From Vairimorpha necatrix (lineage: Eukaryota), in assembly GCA_036630325.1 (NCBI GenBank), contig CP142732.1, positions 248,001 through 312,000 on the forward strand: DNA of 64,000 bases, written 5' to 3'. The stretch's first letter is position 1; every line of letters starts with the position of its first letter. The notes under the pieces are model-generated. The model ran no database searches. It saw nothing but the letters and a program-made list of their open reading frames with translations, and had not been told where the DNA came from. The translations under genes and the position numbers were made by a program. Of this stretch, positions 1-12,597 are shown piece by piece.

Positions 1-531
1 TGGAGATTTGTTTATTACCACCTGCGTTAAAGGAACTATGTTCATATATTTCTTTTTATAGAGGATCCTAGCCTCTTTAGTAACTTTGTGAATTCAATTC
101 TGGTGACCGGAAGTAACTTGTTAGAAATCAGCTTAGTGATATATCTGTATTCTGTTGTCCCCCGAACCGTGCTTTTAAATCATCAATCAACTCGCTCAGC
201 AGAATTTGGTTGGTTCGGTCCCCTGTAATTTGTGCCGCCCAACTGGGGGCTTCCCCTTTGAGCTGCAAGAAGATGAGTTTAATTGTTTCCGCCTCCGTCT
301 TTTCCGTGATTCTTGCGATGAATAGCGCTTCTTGCATCCATAAGTAAATGTCTTCTTCTGGGTCGCCTCCGAATTGTCTAAGTTCTTTTATTGTCGTTGT
401 CGCCATGCTGGAAATAGCAGACGAGTTTGAATGAAATTGCATATTTATTAAGAAACTTTTTCTTTTATATTTAATTCTGAAACACTGATTAGTGATAGCC
501 ATATTCGATTGAACCAGCTTGTGATGAAACA
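1..531 (-). mobile_element. 5' end of Ty3/Gypsy LTR retrotransposon (5' LTR ~406-531, PBS, gag N-terminus), running off the window
   Basis: TG...CA segment 406-531, followed on - by TGGCGACAACG. Gag MATTTIKELRQFGGDPEEDIYLW is homologous to the Gag start at 5902. No second LTR in the window, so the outer LTR edge is inferred. Confidence 0.75.
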
Positions 532-1040
532 GTTTGATGTTTGACAAAAAGCAATATTTTGTAATCAGAGTTACAACAAAAAATTTACGAGAAGTATCTT
601 AATAAGAGAAAAAACTTGGTGGCGACAATGTTATAGTAAAGATAGATGAGAGTAAAAGTGGAAAAATAAATATCATTCGGGAAGGCTTGTATAAAGGGTT
701 GGTGTTTTGGAATGGTAAAAAGAACAGAACAAAAGAAGATAATCTTTGTCATAATAAATAAAAGAAACAAGGGTACATTACTGCCAATCTTATTTAAGCA
801 TGTAAATTTAAAATTCATCATCCATTCCGATATGTGGAAGGCTTTTTAACTTTAAAAGGCCATTATGCAGATAATAGAACTGTGAATCAACATCAAACAT
901 TTAGAAATAATGAAACAGGTGTCCATACAAACATCATCGAAGGGAATTGGAGATCTTTAAAAGCCTTTATACACAATAGGTGTAGAACATATAAACTTTC
1001 TGAAATCTATTTAACTCTATATACTATTAAAAGAAATGAG

Positions 1041-2064
1041 GGCTAATGTCGGGTTTAGGAGAAAATTTTCGATATAGGGTTTTTTTGTTTTTTTGCCCCT
1101 TTTTTTCAAAAATGGAGGAGAAAAAATGTGGAGGAAGAAACAAAAATAAAAATTAAAACAATAAATTTATTAATGCTTAAAACACAGAACTAGAAGAATT
1201 TCTTCGAAGCATATACCTGAATAAATAAAGTTTCGCATTCCGAACTGATCTATTTCTATTTGGTATAGAATTTTTTAAAGATTGCCAATTACCTTCTATT
1301 ATATTGGTATGAACTTCAGTAAGTGGGTCTCTAAAGTGTAGAGAATGATCTACCATAGGATGTTGGTTTAATATAAAGCCTAAATTACGGTAGGCTCTCC
1401 ACATATCGCTATAAATTATACTATTTCTGTCTACATATTTTACAAAAGATTAGTTAGCGTTATTTGGTCTCTTTTCTTAATATATATAAATATAATTCGG
1501 CGGTGTATGGTACGTTCGACCATAACAAAACACCAGAAACCTTTCACAATTCCACCTCTATTATTCTTATTCTTGCCAATCTTCGTCTCGTCGATTTCTA
1601 CTACTTTGTTTTCACCTCCTATTACGCCAATACTAGATAAATATTTTTCATAAATATCCAATTCTTTTAACTTTTTTAGTATAAATGACACAGATTCCGC
1701 TGAACAACCCAAAATTTGACAAATAGATTTCCGAGGATATCCTAGAATCCACATATTAAGTATTTGTAATACTGTAATATGGTTAAGTCTAAAATCTTGG
1801 AATAAAGTACCTTTCCATATTGAAACTTTTTTTTTTACAAGTACTCCTTTACACTTCCCGATAAGTTTTTGTTTATTCTTTATTATCATCTGAGCATCAC
1901 ATAATTCACAATTCTTAATTTAATTTTTGGTTATTAATGCATTATATATGTTTTCTAATTGCTCTCTTGTTTGAATTTTCTCCTGTATTTTTGAAAAAAA
2001 AGGGGCAAAAAAAAACAAAAAAAACCCTATATCGAAAATTTTCTTCCTAAAGCCGACATTAGCC
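1041..2064 (-). mobile_element. Merlin transposon, transposase disrupted (ORF pieces 1177-1404, 1440-1889)
   Basis: ~70-bp TIRs GGCTAATGTCGG.../...CCGACATTAGCC; 8-bp TSD GAAATGAG (1033-1040, 2065-2072); VVEIDETK and HTNIIEGNW motifs. Confidence 0.93.
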
Positions 2065-2134
2065 GAAATGAGTTTCAAGGAGCCTTTGAAGCAATATATA
2101 AATTATGTTTTTGATATTGTCGTTAAATCGTTTA

Positions 2135-5100
2135 TTAATATTTTCCATCCCCTCTTTCCAGCATGAATTTATATAGTTTAATTGACCAATCATCTTGCAA
2201 CAATTGTATCATATTTTGTGGCCCCTGTACTGGCCACGACACCCCCTCAACTAATTTGAGAAGTATCCGTTTTATATGACATTTGTTTACCCTTAATTCT
2301 CCGTTGTTATCGGTTCTTTTTACCATATATGCATCTTCGCTGATTATTTCGGATATCTTATAACCGTGTGTCCATTTGGAACTTAATTTATCTTTGCCTG
2401 GGATATCTCTAAAAATGATCACGCGTTCCCCGATATTAAATTTTGTTTTTACGTCTTTATGTCCCTTGACTATACTTTTTTTGTATTTAATGAAATTTTT
2501 ATCTCTCTTTTCTACGAGGTATTGTTTTGAATACATTTTCGGCTTGATATTCAATCTCTTATCTATTTCTGTCATTAGTTGATGTCCATGCTTCATTATG
2601 TATGGAGATGTTCCTATTGCGCGATTGAATGACAAATTAACCGCTAGTGTTGCTTCCTTTAAAAAAGGACTCCAAATTAATTCTCCAAAGCAAGACAACC
2701 GTCTTATTACGTTTTTTAGAGTCTGGTTTACTCTTTCCACTGCTCCTGTTGTTTGGTGATGGTATGGGGACCCAAATTCCCACTTGATATTGTATTTATT
2801 TTGAAGTGATAGCACTTCTTTATTGTTGAACTCTAACCCGTTGTCCGTCAAAATTCTATCAGGAATTCCATGTTTTTTTATAATTAGTTCTTCGATAGCT
2901 TTGTATATTTCGTGCCCTGTATTATTTTTGATTATTTTTGTTTCAATCCATTTCGTGTAATGATCTATCGCTACGAAAACATATTTTGAACCCGAGATTT
3001 CATACATTCTACCCATTAAATCGATTTCCCACACTTCGTTTGGCTTATCTGCGCAGATTACCTTATTTTTTTGTTTTAACCTTTGGTCCTCCTGCTCTTA
3101 GACAGATACTACATTTTGAGCAAAAATTTTCTATATCCTTATACATTCCTTTCCAATTGTAGTTTCGGGAAATCATAAACTTCATTGTGTTAACTGACCC
3201 ATGTCCAGAAATCCTATGATATTCTGTTATTATGTCCTCTTTATCTTTGTTGTCCAGTTCTTCGGCGTTAATGTTATATATTTCTTCACTATTATAAAAC
3301 CTACTAAATCCATCGGCAATGTTGTTTTCCCCTTTTATATGTTCCAATTTAAAGTCGTATTCTGCGAGTTTTAATGACCACCTGAGCAGCCTACTAGAAG
3401 GGTCTTTTGTGCTCATTAAGTATATGAGAGTTTTGTGGTCCGTTCTAAGTTTAAACTTCCTTCCTAATAAGTAATGTCTAAAGTGGTTAATCCCTTTAAC
3501 CAAGGCTAGTAATTCTTTATCCGTCACTGAATAATTTTTTTGACAATTATCTAATCTTTTACTAAACGCGGATATCATTTTCTCTTCTCCATGATCATTC
3601 TCCTGGAGTAACACTGCACCAATACCCGAGTCCGATGCATCTGTCAAAAGTATAAAGTCCTTTTTAAAGTTCGGTTGAGTTCGTACAGTATTTTTTTTCC
3701 ATTTGGCGTTTAGTTCTATTAAAAGCAGCCAATTGATCTTCCGTAAGTGTGATTTTTTTACTTGAGTTTTGTCTCTCCCCTCTAAGTATGTCATATAATG
3801 GACTAGTAGCGATTCTATCTCCTTCACGAAGTCTCTACAATAATTAACTGTTCCCAAGAAACCTCTGAGCTCTTTAATAGACGTGGGAATTGGGTACGTT
3901 TGAATGTGACTAATTTTCTCTGGGTCTACTTTAATGCATCCATTCCCAATAATATTTCCTAATATTTTGATTTCATTCTTGTAGAATTTACATTTTTTTA
4001 AGTTTAATGATAGTCCTGAGGCTCTTATTTTTTCTAATACTATTTTTACATGTACGTTGTGTTCCGCTTTCGTTCTAGAGTATATTATAATGTCATCTAG
4101 GTATGGTATTACGAATTTTCTGTTTTCCATTCTAAAAATATTGTCCATGGCTCTCTGGAAGGTGGCAGGAGCATTGCATAGTCCAAAGGGCATTCTGTTG
4201 TATTCATAAAGCCTTCCTTTAAATGAGAACGCTGTCTTCTCTTTATCTTCTTCTTCCAAGAGCAATTGTTGAATCCACACGTAGCGTCTAACACAGTGAA
4301 AATCGATGCCCCTGCAACACGGTCAAAAATCTCGTCGATCCTTGGAGACATATATGAATCCTTAATAGTGATTGCATTTAATCCTCTGTAATCTATGCAC
4401 ATCCTCCAAGTTTTGTCTGGCTTCGGGACCATTACTATCCTGCTACACCATGGGCTTTTACTATCCCTTATTATTCCTAACTTTAACAATTTATTTATTT
4501 CGGTTTCTATTATTTCCTCTTGTGCAATAGGTATCCTGCCATTTCTCTGACAGATTATCTTATTACTATTTGTTTGCACGCTATGTTTTCCTGCAGTACA
4601 AAGATTAAATTCGCTTATCTCCGTTTTAAATAAATCCTTATATTCTTCCTTAATAAGAGTCTCATTCACCTCTATAACGGTTACGACTTGTTTTTCATGT
4701 CCCAATTTAAATGTTCTGATTAATTCGATAATTAACTCCGTGTTTTTTTTTGATAACCTCTGACCCTAAAATTATATATTTTGTATTTTTCATTATAAGA
4801 GGAGAAAACGTAATATCTCTACCATTTATCTTTACTACACAGTTTTTATTTGGCCTATTATGTTTAATGGTTGACTTCCCGCGCCTTTAACGATTCCCGA
4901 GTAATTTAATATCTGTTTATGTAAATGTGATGGTACGTCTTTTTGGTCTATTATCGAGACGTCTGCTCCCGTGTCTAAAAGAATTTTCCTTTTATTATTA
5001 TATAGAGTACCTACGAGAAAAAATGGGTTACTTTGGTCTATGACCCTAAACAAGTAATTAAAACTGTCTTTATTGTCCAAATCGTAATTATCTTTTTCAA

Positions 5101-5902
5101 TTTGTTCCTCATTAGTGTTAACCTTCTTCGTCGAAATTCTTTTACGTTCATTTTCAAAAATTTCAGTGAGTCTCAAACATTCCTTTGTGTAATGAGATCC
5201 TTCCCCATGTAACATGCAATATTTGCGGTTGTTTAGTGTTCTGCCTTAATTTCCGCTGTTATTTGGCCCTCTGCCGTAATTTCCCTTGTTATTTGGCCCT
5301 CTGCCAAAATCATTATTGTTGTATAGCCCTCTGCCATAATTTCCATTGTTTTTTATAGTTCTATCTGGTCTTACTTCGACCCTTGATAAAATTTTATCTG
5401 GATATGGTATCCATGCCATTTCTTCAGCTCTCTGAATGAAATCTTCCCATGTTTCCACATTTGAAGTTCCCTGGAATAGTATCGCTTTAATTTCTATGGG
5501 CGATTTGTTTATTACCATCTGACATAAAGCTGGAAAGTTAATTAAGTGTCTTTCAAATATAATTGTTGCTTCATACAACATCTTTGAATATTCCTCCCTG
5601 GTCTCAGGCGTGGGTCTTTCCAAAAATCTGCTAAGAGTAATATCATTATTTTTATTAGATCCAAATCTTTTTTTCATCATAGAAATCAGTTCTTGTAGTC
5701 CAATGGTGCCAATTTTCCCTCCTAAAACTTGTGAAAACCAAGACAAAGCCGTTCCTTTCATCTTCCATACAAAAGCCTTCACCAGATCTTTTTCAGATCA
5801 TTCTGCCACTTCACCCAAGATCATCATCTCCCTTATCCAGATATTTATATCCTCTTCTGGTTCCCCTGCGAAATAGTTAACGTTGTTGGTCGTTGTCGCC
5901 AT
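2135..5902 (-). pseudogene. gag-pol with stops and frameshifts (Gag 5246-5902, protease 4835-5215, RT/RNase H 3063-4705, integrase 2135-3034)
   Basis: LLDTGAD protease, YLDD RT, TDAS RNase H, HRISGH-x-CSIC zinc finger, D..D..E integrase (WEID, TDNG, VER). Confidence 0.93.
5240..5350 (-). repeat. ~30-bp tandem repeat (about 4 copies) encoding NxGNYGRG units in Gag
   Basis: Repeated GCCCTCTGCC...AATTTCC units; peptide NNGNYGRGLY-NNNDFGRGP-NNKGNYGRGP-NNSGN. Confidence 0.85.
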
Positions 5903-6259
5903 GTCGTTAAATCGTTTATTAATATTTTTCATCCTCTCTTTCCAGCATGAATTTATATAGTTTAATTGACCAATCATCTTGCAACAATTGTATCATATTT
6001 TGTGGCCCCTGTACTGGCCACGACAGATATATTTTACTTATTTTAATATAATTTTATTGTTTTTATACATCTTAATTACAATTTATTTTTTTTCTGAAGT
6101 TTTCTCTTCCCTTACTTTTTTTAAAAAAAGGGGCAATTTTTTAAAAATTTTGACCTTAACCCATTTTTTTTACACTAATGCTGATTTTAGCCAACATTTT
6201 TGTTTAGTTTTTGATTGTATATTTTTAATTGATTTATAACAAATTTTTTTTTTGCTATT

Positions 6260-6512
6260 TGTGGAATTAACTACCCCATTATTTTTATTTTTATTTCATT
6301 TTCCCTCCAAACGAATTTTCTAGAAAATATTTTACTATAAATATTTTCTTTTTATTTTACCCCACCTAAGGATGAAACACGGAAGAGAAAACAAGGAGTC
6401 CCTGAAAACGAACATAAAAAATAAACACAAAAATAATCAACAACATATTCCAAAAAGGAGCACCATCGAGTGCTATTTAGAAACAGGCCGCCTCCCTGGT
6501 GGTAACACCGCA
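6260..6512 (+). mobile_element. Solo LTR related to the LTRs at 31812/35780
   Basis: TGTGG...ACCGCA; 5-bp TSD CTATT on both sides; shares CAGGCC.CCTCCCTGGTGGTAACACC with the reverse complement of the 31812 LTR. Confidence 0.88.
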
Positions 6513-6741
6513 CTATTAAATCCTTTAAATTCAAAATCTACGCTCTTTTCTATATTTTGTTTATTTTAAATTTCCCTCCTAAAATATTAACTGAAATTTT
6601 TTTATTTATGGGCAATGATAAATCAAAGATTGGATTGGTGAATAAAAGAGATAAGATAAGTTTGGAATGACAATAAAGATTTCTGGAATTAATAGTACTA
6701 TAAAATCGAGTATTATATAATACCTAATCCAAGACAGTCAA

Positions 6742-7032
6742 TTTTTTTCTGCCAGTGTAATAATCTTTATATTTTATGCTCATGATCTTTTTTATCAGCT
6801 AAAGATGATTATACGAATTATATACTTCAGAAATTTGAGTACCGTTAGTTATACCGACTTCAATGGACAAGACCATATAGCGCTTGCGCATCCCACTTGT
6901 CGCGAGAAGTTGAAAAGTTGGAATACAGATGTATACATAAATTTCCGAAGTATGAAATTGTATAATAATCATTAGCTGATAAAAAAGAATATAAACATAA
7001 AATAAAAATAAATTACATTAACAGTGAAAAAA
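6742..7032. repeat. Imperfect inverted repeat, ~95-bp arms (6742-6837 / 6939-7032)
   Basis: TCTTTTTTATCAGCTAA...ATACTTCAGAAATTT is complementary to AAATTTCCGAAGTAT...TTAGCTGATAAAAAAGA. Confidence 0.85.
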
Positions 7033-7561
7033 CCTCGGGCTACCACAAGAATTGTAATTGCAACTGTTGTCGAGTTAGTCTCGAGACAAGGAATATTGGA
7101 CTTTTTAGAAGAAGGTGTTTTATTAGTTAATTGTTTATTACTCATTCTCCTCTTCTTGGGGCAATTTGCTTAAATACATTTCGTAAAGTATCAATCCAAA
7201 ATGTACCATTTGGGCGGGAAATAAGAACAGAACAAAAGTTGTACAAATATGTGTAGAGCGCATATTTGTAACATAATTGCTAGAATTACTAAAAATACCA
7301 AATATATCATTTGGTCCAAACAAATGCAGAATTCATTATTATTGGTAATTCTGATGGTCAGCGTATGTCTACCGCATGACAGCAACTTTTTACTATAATT
7401 ATAATAGAAGCTCTTCCGCTACATTAGCTTTACCCAAATTTAGTTATATAAAATATTGATTGATAAACATATGGTTTCTCCGGTTATATATGGCTAGTCC
7501 GTAGAAAATAATGATTTTAATAATCACATTTATTCCTTATTATTGCTCAATATAACATAAG

Positions 7562-8648
7562 GGTTAAGTTGCGATGTTACCCCCCCCCCCAGTCCTAAAA
7601 AAAAAGACAAAACTAAAATTTATTCAATTAATTCAAAATCAAATTCAGGGGCTAAATTGTAATTTAAAAATGATATATTATTAATTTCAAAAAAGCTTAA
7701 CATTTTTTCAAGTAGTGTTTCTCTATAAATTAACTTAAAACGAGCTATATAAAGTTTTTGAATTAGATTCATTAAAGAACCATGGCAAGTTCCTTCTTTG
7801 CGCAATTCCCTTTTTAATTACAGACCACATTCCCTCAATTGCTTAAGTGGGCGCCTGTTGTTGGATTTACAAAATTTTGGCTATGATTTACAGTTAAATG
7901 TAAATAGTTATAATCCGAACATAGTTCCGAAAACCCTTCATAACCCCGCCAACAATCAGTAATAATTGTAGATCCAGGTGCGATTTTTCGTTTTATTAAA
8001 TCGACAAGAGTAGTTCTTGGTCGATTTTCAACAATTTCAAAAAAAAGAATTGCTGTCTCCTCTTACAACTCCGCCAACAGCCCAAACTTGGTATTGATGG
8101 ATTTTACCGTTATGGTTTTTACTTTTGACAAGCAATGTCTCTTCTATTTAAACTATGCAATTTAAACCTCCTATGGTTTTGTTTCTTATATAGTTGAAAT
8201 AGGATAAGAATACAGCGTCATTAAAACGCGTAAACCAGCGAGATACGGTACTACTATCTATATCCAATTCGATAGTAGCGTAAACATTGTTTTCATCTTT
8301 AACCCATTTACACAGCAAAATTAAAAAATCTTCGATATCTAATCATGAACTTTTAAAAAGCCTTGTTTGTAACTGTTACCTATGTTTGAGCATTTTCACC
8401 CATTTCGTCGTAAGTAACAAAGATATTTGTCCAAATTATTTCTAATTTTGGTCATAGTTTTCATGCACTTATTGCACATTGGTACCTTTAATATATTTTT
8501 TTCAAGAAGAAATAAAATTAGTTCTTCTTTTTTATATATTAGTTTTCTAAAATTTTCGATGTTCATTTTAGGGGTATAATTTTATTCCTTTTTAGTTTTG
8601 TCTTTTTTTTATTTTTTTAGGACTGGGGGGTAACATCGCAACTTAACC
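7562..8648 (-). mobile_element. Merlin transposon (MNIKNFRK family), transposase pseudogene ~7620-8566
   Basis: TIR GGTTAAGTTGCGATGTTACCCCC; TSD AACATAAG (7554-7561, 8649-8656); homologous to the copies at 30267 and 54315. Confidence 0.93.
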
Positions 8649-8920
8649 AACATAAGTATGATTATTAGGTGGCCGGAAGTTTCGTCCCGGTGGTAGGGGT
8701 TAAAAATAAAAAACTCGTTTTTTGTTTTTTTAACCCATACCACCGGGACGAAACTTCCGAAAAAAAATTAAAAATAAAACTTTAATATTTCAATAATTTT
8801 AATGACAAAATCTTTACCAACCCCTCTATCCACAGTTTTATTTAAAAAATCAGCTAGCCGAATCTCTTTATCAATGTATTTTTGTTTACGTTCAAAAACA
8901 TGATTTAAAACTGTTTGTTG

Positions 8921-10099
8921 GGCGCTACTAAAAAAATCGCACCCCAGTAAAACGCGCATAGAAAAAAAAATTATTTCTTTAAAATTAAAAAACAACTCGA
9001 TTTTGTACTTTCTTGCATATTTTTTTTCTAGGGGGGGCGATTTTTTAAGCAATGGTATTTTTTTTCACTTTTCTTTCACATTTTTCTTATCCTCCATGTT
9101 AGGAAGAATACTGGAAAAGGTAGGAGAACTCGATCCTTGGAATCCTATATTCCAAGATAATGATCTCGCAATTGCCCCCTTGGTAGATTTGGGAATAATA
9201 AAGCCTACCATTCCATGTGTCTCAAAATCATGTCATGGAAACATGTCAATTGCTAGTGTTTCTATCTTTATTGATGGGAAGGGGTACAGATGTAAAATAA
9301 AAAAGTGCAAAAGAAAATGTAGTTTGAAAAAAAGCACAAAATTTAATAAATTGACTATCGAATTCAAAAAGATTCTGAGGTGTTTATATTGTTGGATCTT
9401 TTCTTACTCGAATTATCAAGCTATCAATTTTTGTAAAATAGCCGAGTCCACGTACATTGAATTTAAAAACATTCTAATTGACATTATAAGCGCGACTCCT
9501 TCCGATATAGAACAGATAGGGGAGAAAACACAAGGGTACAAGTCGATGAAACTGCAATATGCAATGGCTTAGTGATTGAAATTCCGTCATCTCTACACGA
9601 CGATACTCCTAATATACAGTGGGTACTTGGAGGAGTTGTAGAAGGTGATGGAACTAATTTTTTTGTTCATTAATTCCTAACAGAAGCATGAAACTTTACT
9701 AGAAGCGTTTAAAAAACATTTACTTCCTGGAACTATTATTGTTACTGATGGATGCCCATCATACCCCAAAGCAGTGGCCAGTTTTGGATCTGAGCATGAG
9801 ATAGTAAATCATAGCATAGGGTTTGTAAACAACGAGGGAGGACATACAAATCAGATTGAAAATTTATGGTCCCACTTAAAACACGATTATAGAAAAAGAA
9901 GTGGATTAAATCATGACCGTATCATTAAATTTTTAGAAGAATTTTCTTGGCGTAAGAGACATTGCCAATAAAAAAAAATATTCAATTCCTCATGCATTTG
10001 CTCTACTTTTACAAAAATGCATAGTTATCTAATAAAAATTCCATAAATTTTAAATAATTTTTTTTTTTTTTTGGGGGGGGCGATTTTTTTAGTAGCGCC
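8921..10099 (+). mobile_element. Merlin transposon nested in MULE, frameshifted transposase from 9096
   Basis: TIR GGCGCTACTAAAAAAATCGC; TSD GTTTGTTG; HTNQIENLWSHLK motif. Confidence 0.93.
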
Positions 10100-11302
10100 G
10101 TTTGTTGTATTATCTTGATTCTAACTATATCTTCTTCGTCCATTAACTTGCTCACTAATAGATAAAAACTGTATCGACTAGTACCAAATGTGTTTTTAAA
10201 GATATTATGCCAACCTTCAATGGCATTATTCGTTCTTGGAAAATCTGTTACCATTTATTTCGCGTGTGCCACAAATTCGGGGGGGGAACGGCATCCTAAA
10301 TGAATATAATTTGTAAAGAAATAGCAATATAACTCAGTCAAGCATTCCAGAAAATTTCCGTCTTGTTTTAGTTCCAAAAAAGTAGATAATATTTCGTCAT
10401 ATTCAACATATGCAAGTGCTGTAAGAGACAAAATAAACCTTTTCATCATAGGTGAACATGTGTAAACAGAAAAAGTCCTGAACTTTTAACACGCCTATCA
10501 ATAGCCTGAGCTAAGTAAAAAAGTCAACTTGAATTTTGACAGTCCGGGGAAACTATAGGAAATGCTCTTATCGCAGCATACTCAAAATCAGTTTTTATCA
10601 ACTTTGGGCTGAGCTCTAGAAACCTTTTCTTTAACATTTAAAACAAAAAACAATAGGTTTTAAAGCTTTTATCTTTCAAAATTGCAAATATTATCGGGAA
10701 TACATGCGCATCCCGGATAAAACTAATTGTGTAAAGTTGGTAATGGGGAATTGGAACAACCGTAAAGGTCCCATCCATCGCCCACATGTCATATAGAGCC
10801 AATTTTTCCATTCCCGAATCTGTATAAAAAATTATTATATTGTCATTGGGTTCGTCACTCCCGTAATTTTCAGGCCCATATCGATACCATTGTTCGCCTG
10901 TATGACTGATTAATAAATCAGCACATAAACCAAATTTTTGGTTGGCGTATGGTTTTGGATTAAAGGAATTCATCCGAACAATCTTTAATATCCTTGTAAT
11001 AGGCTCAATAGGGCCCATTGCGGCGATTGTCTCTTCCCCAGTTCCTCTTGAGGCAGAAAAAAAATGTTTCTAGGAGAATCTTGGCCAGAGATAATTTCCC
11101 GTTTCGTTTTATATATTTTATTCTTCTTACAGACCAGTTCAGGATTTGGTTCATGATTATGAGCCACAGAAATAACAAAGGACTCGAGATTATTATAGTA
11201 AACAATACTACTAGTGGCTTTGGTAATACAGCTTCGTACAATGCATTCGCATTTTATAGTAGCTTTGTTGATTCTTTTTTTTCTCGTAAATATATAGATT
11301 TT

Positions 11303-12597
11303 GGCGCTACTTAAAAATTCGCACCCCCTAAAAAAAATTACATTGACTAATTAAATTTATATAAAAAAAATATTTTTAACCCTTAAAATTATATTTAAAA
11401 CAATATTTTTATGAAAATATGAATTTACAAAAGTTAAAATATTTAAAAAAAACAGTTATAACATATAATTAGTACAAACAATTTAATTACTTTAACATAG
11501 AAAAAATATCAATTATTTTTACGAAGGCTAATTTGATTGTAAATGGTTTTGAATATTCTATTTTTCTTTTTTTCCATTTAAACTCATCTAACCAACATTT
11601 AATTCTTATTTTATTTATTCCCCCACGCTTTCTATAATCATGCTTAAGATGCGACCACATATTTTCTACATAATTTGTATTTTGTCCTTCTTCATTACAA
11701 AATCCCATAGAGTGATTTACCACACTATGGTGAGAACCAAATTCACTTATAGCACGTGGATAGGATGGATAACCATCAGTTACTATATCCGTGCCTACTT
11801 TTACATATTTTTTTAATACTAGTAAAATCGTTTCCCATTTTCTATTGGGTATTAGTTCCACAAAAAACTCTCTACAATTTCCTTCCAACACACCTCCTAT
11901 TATCCACTGAATTCCAGGTTCAGAATCCAATCGACTAGACGGATTCGATACTATAATTCCATTACAAATAGCTGTTTCGTCTATTTGTATCCTCTGACCA
12001 ACTCCACCTATCGTTGTAACAACAGTATAACACTTGGAAATTGTTTCCATTATTATTTCTTTTACAGAAATATATGTTGGTTCAGAAGTTTCACACATGT
12101 TGATAGCCTGAAAATTAGTAATGACAAACCCCCACAATAAATGCAACGGAGAATTTTTTAAATTCAATATCTAAAGATTCAAATTTAGAACCTTTATTTA
12201 ATGAACATCTTCGTTTACAAATTTTTTTTGCTACATTTGTACCCCTTTCCTTGAGAAAACAAAGATATGTTTTGAATAAACATAATTCCTTTGCACTAAT
12301 CATTAGTACAGGGAATACAAGGATATAACAAGTTGTTCTTCAATCCGTAGTCGATTGCCCTGTCATTATCAGTAAAAATAGGATTGTATGGATTGAATTG
12401 AAGCATTTCGTCCATCATCCTGTTCATTATAAGGGATAGATAAAATAAAAAAATTTCACGTTCAAAATACCATTACTTAAAAATTCGCACCCCCCGGAAA
12501 AAAAATCCTTTAAAATTTGATTTTATCTCATTTTATACCAAATAATTTTTTTTCAGTGAACGTATTTTTTAGGGGGTGCGAATTTTTAAGTAGCGCC
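11303..12597 (-). mobile_element. Merlin transposon nested in MULE; near-identical to 20077-21379
   Basis: TIR GGCGCTACTTAAAAATTCGCACCCCC; TSD TAGATTTT; IQIDET, TDGYPSY and VENMWSHLK motifs (ORF 11487-12167). Confidence 0.94.

Larger units (their letters stand above)
2118..6025 (-). mobile_element. Full-length compact Ty3/Gypsy LTR retrotransposon (3.9 kb)
   Basis: Near-identical 124-bp LTRs at 2118-2241 and 5902-6025 (TGTCG...CGACA); 5-bp TSD GATAT; PPT next to 2241; PBS TGGCGACAACG; domain order gag-PR-RT-RH-IN. Confidence 0.96.
532..6192 (+). mobile_element. Degenerate Merlin (IS1595/ISXO2-like) transposon, 3' part, split by insertions (pieces 532-1040, 2065-2117, 6026-6192)
   Basis: Broken frames with LGGDNVIVKIDES and VHTNIIEGNW. 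Right terminus ...GCTGATTTTAGCC at 6192 resembles the terminus at 36292. Confidence 0.75.

Noticed and set aside
5246-5248. TAA between Gag and the zinc knuckle/protease as a programmed readthrough site
   Set aside because: It falls at the Tyr position of the GNYGR repeat (TAC/TAT in other units), and the element has other lesions, so a nonsense mutation is simpler.
2376-5876. Antisense ORFs over TE coding regions here and throughout the window
   Set aside because: They are shadow ORFs of the real coding strand with no independent support.
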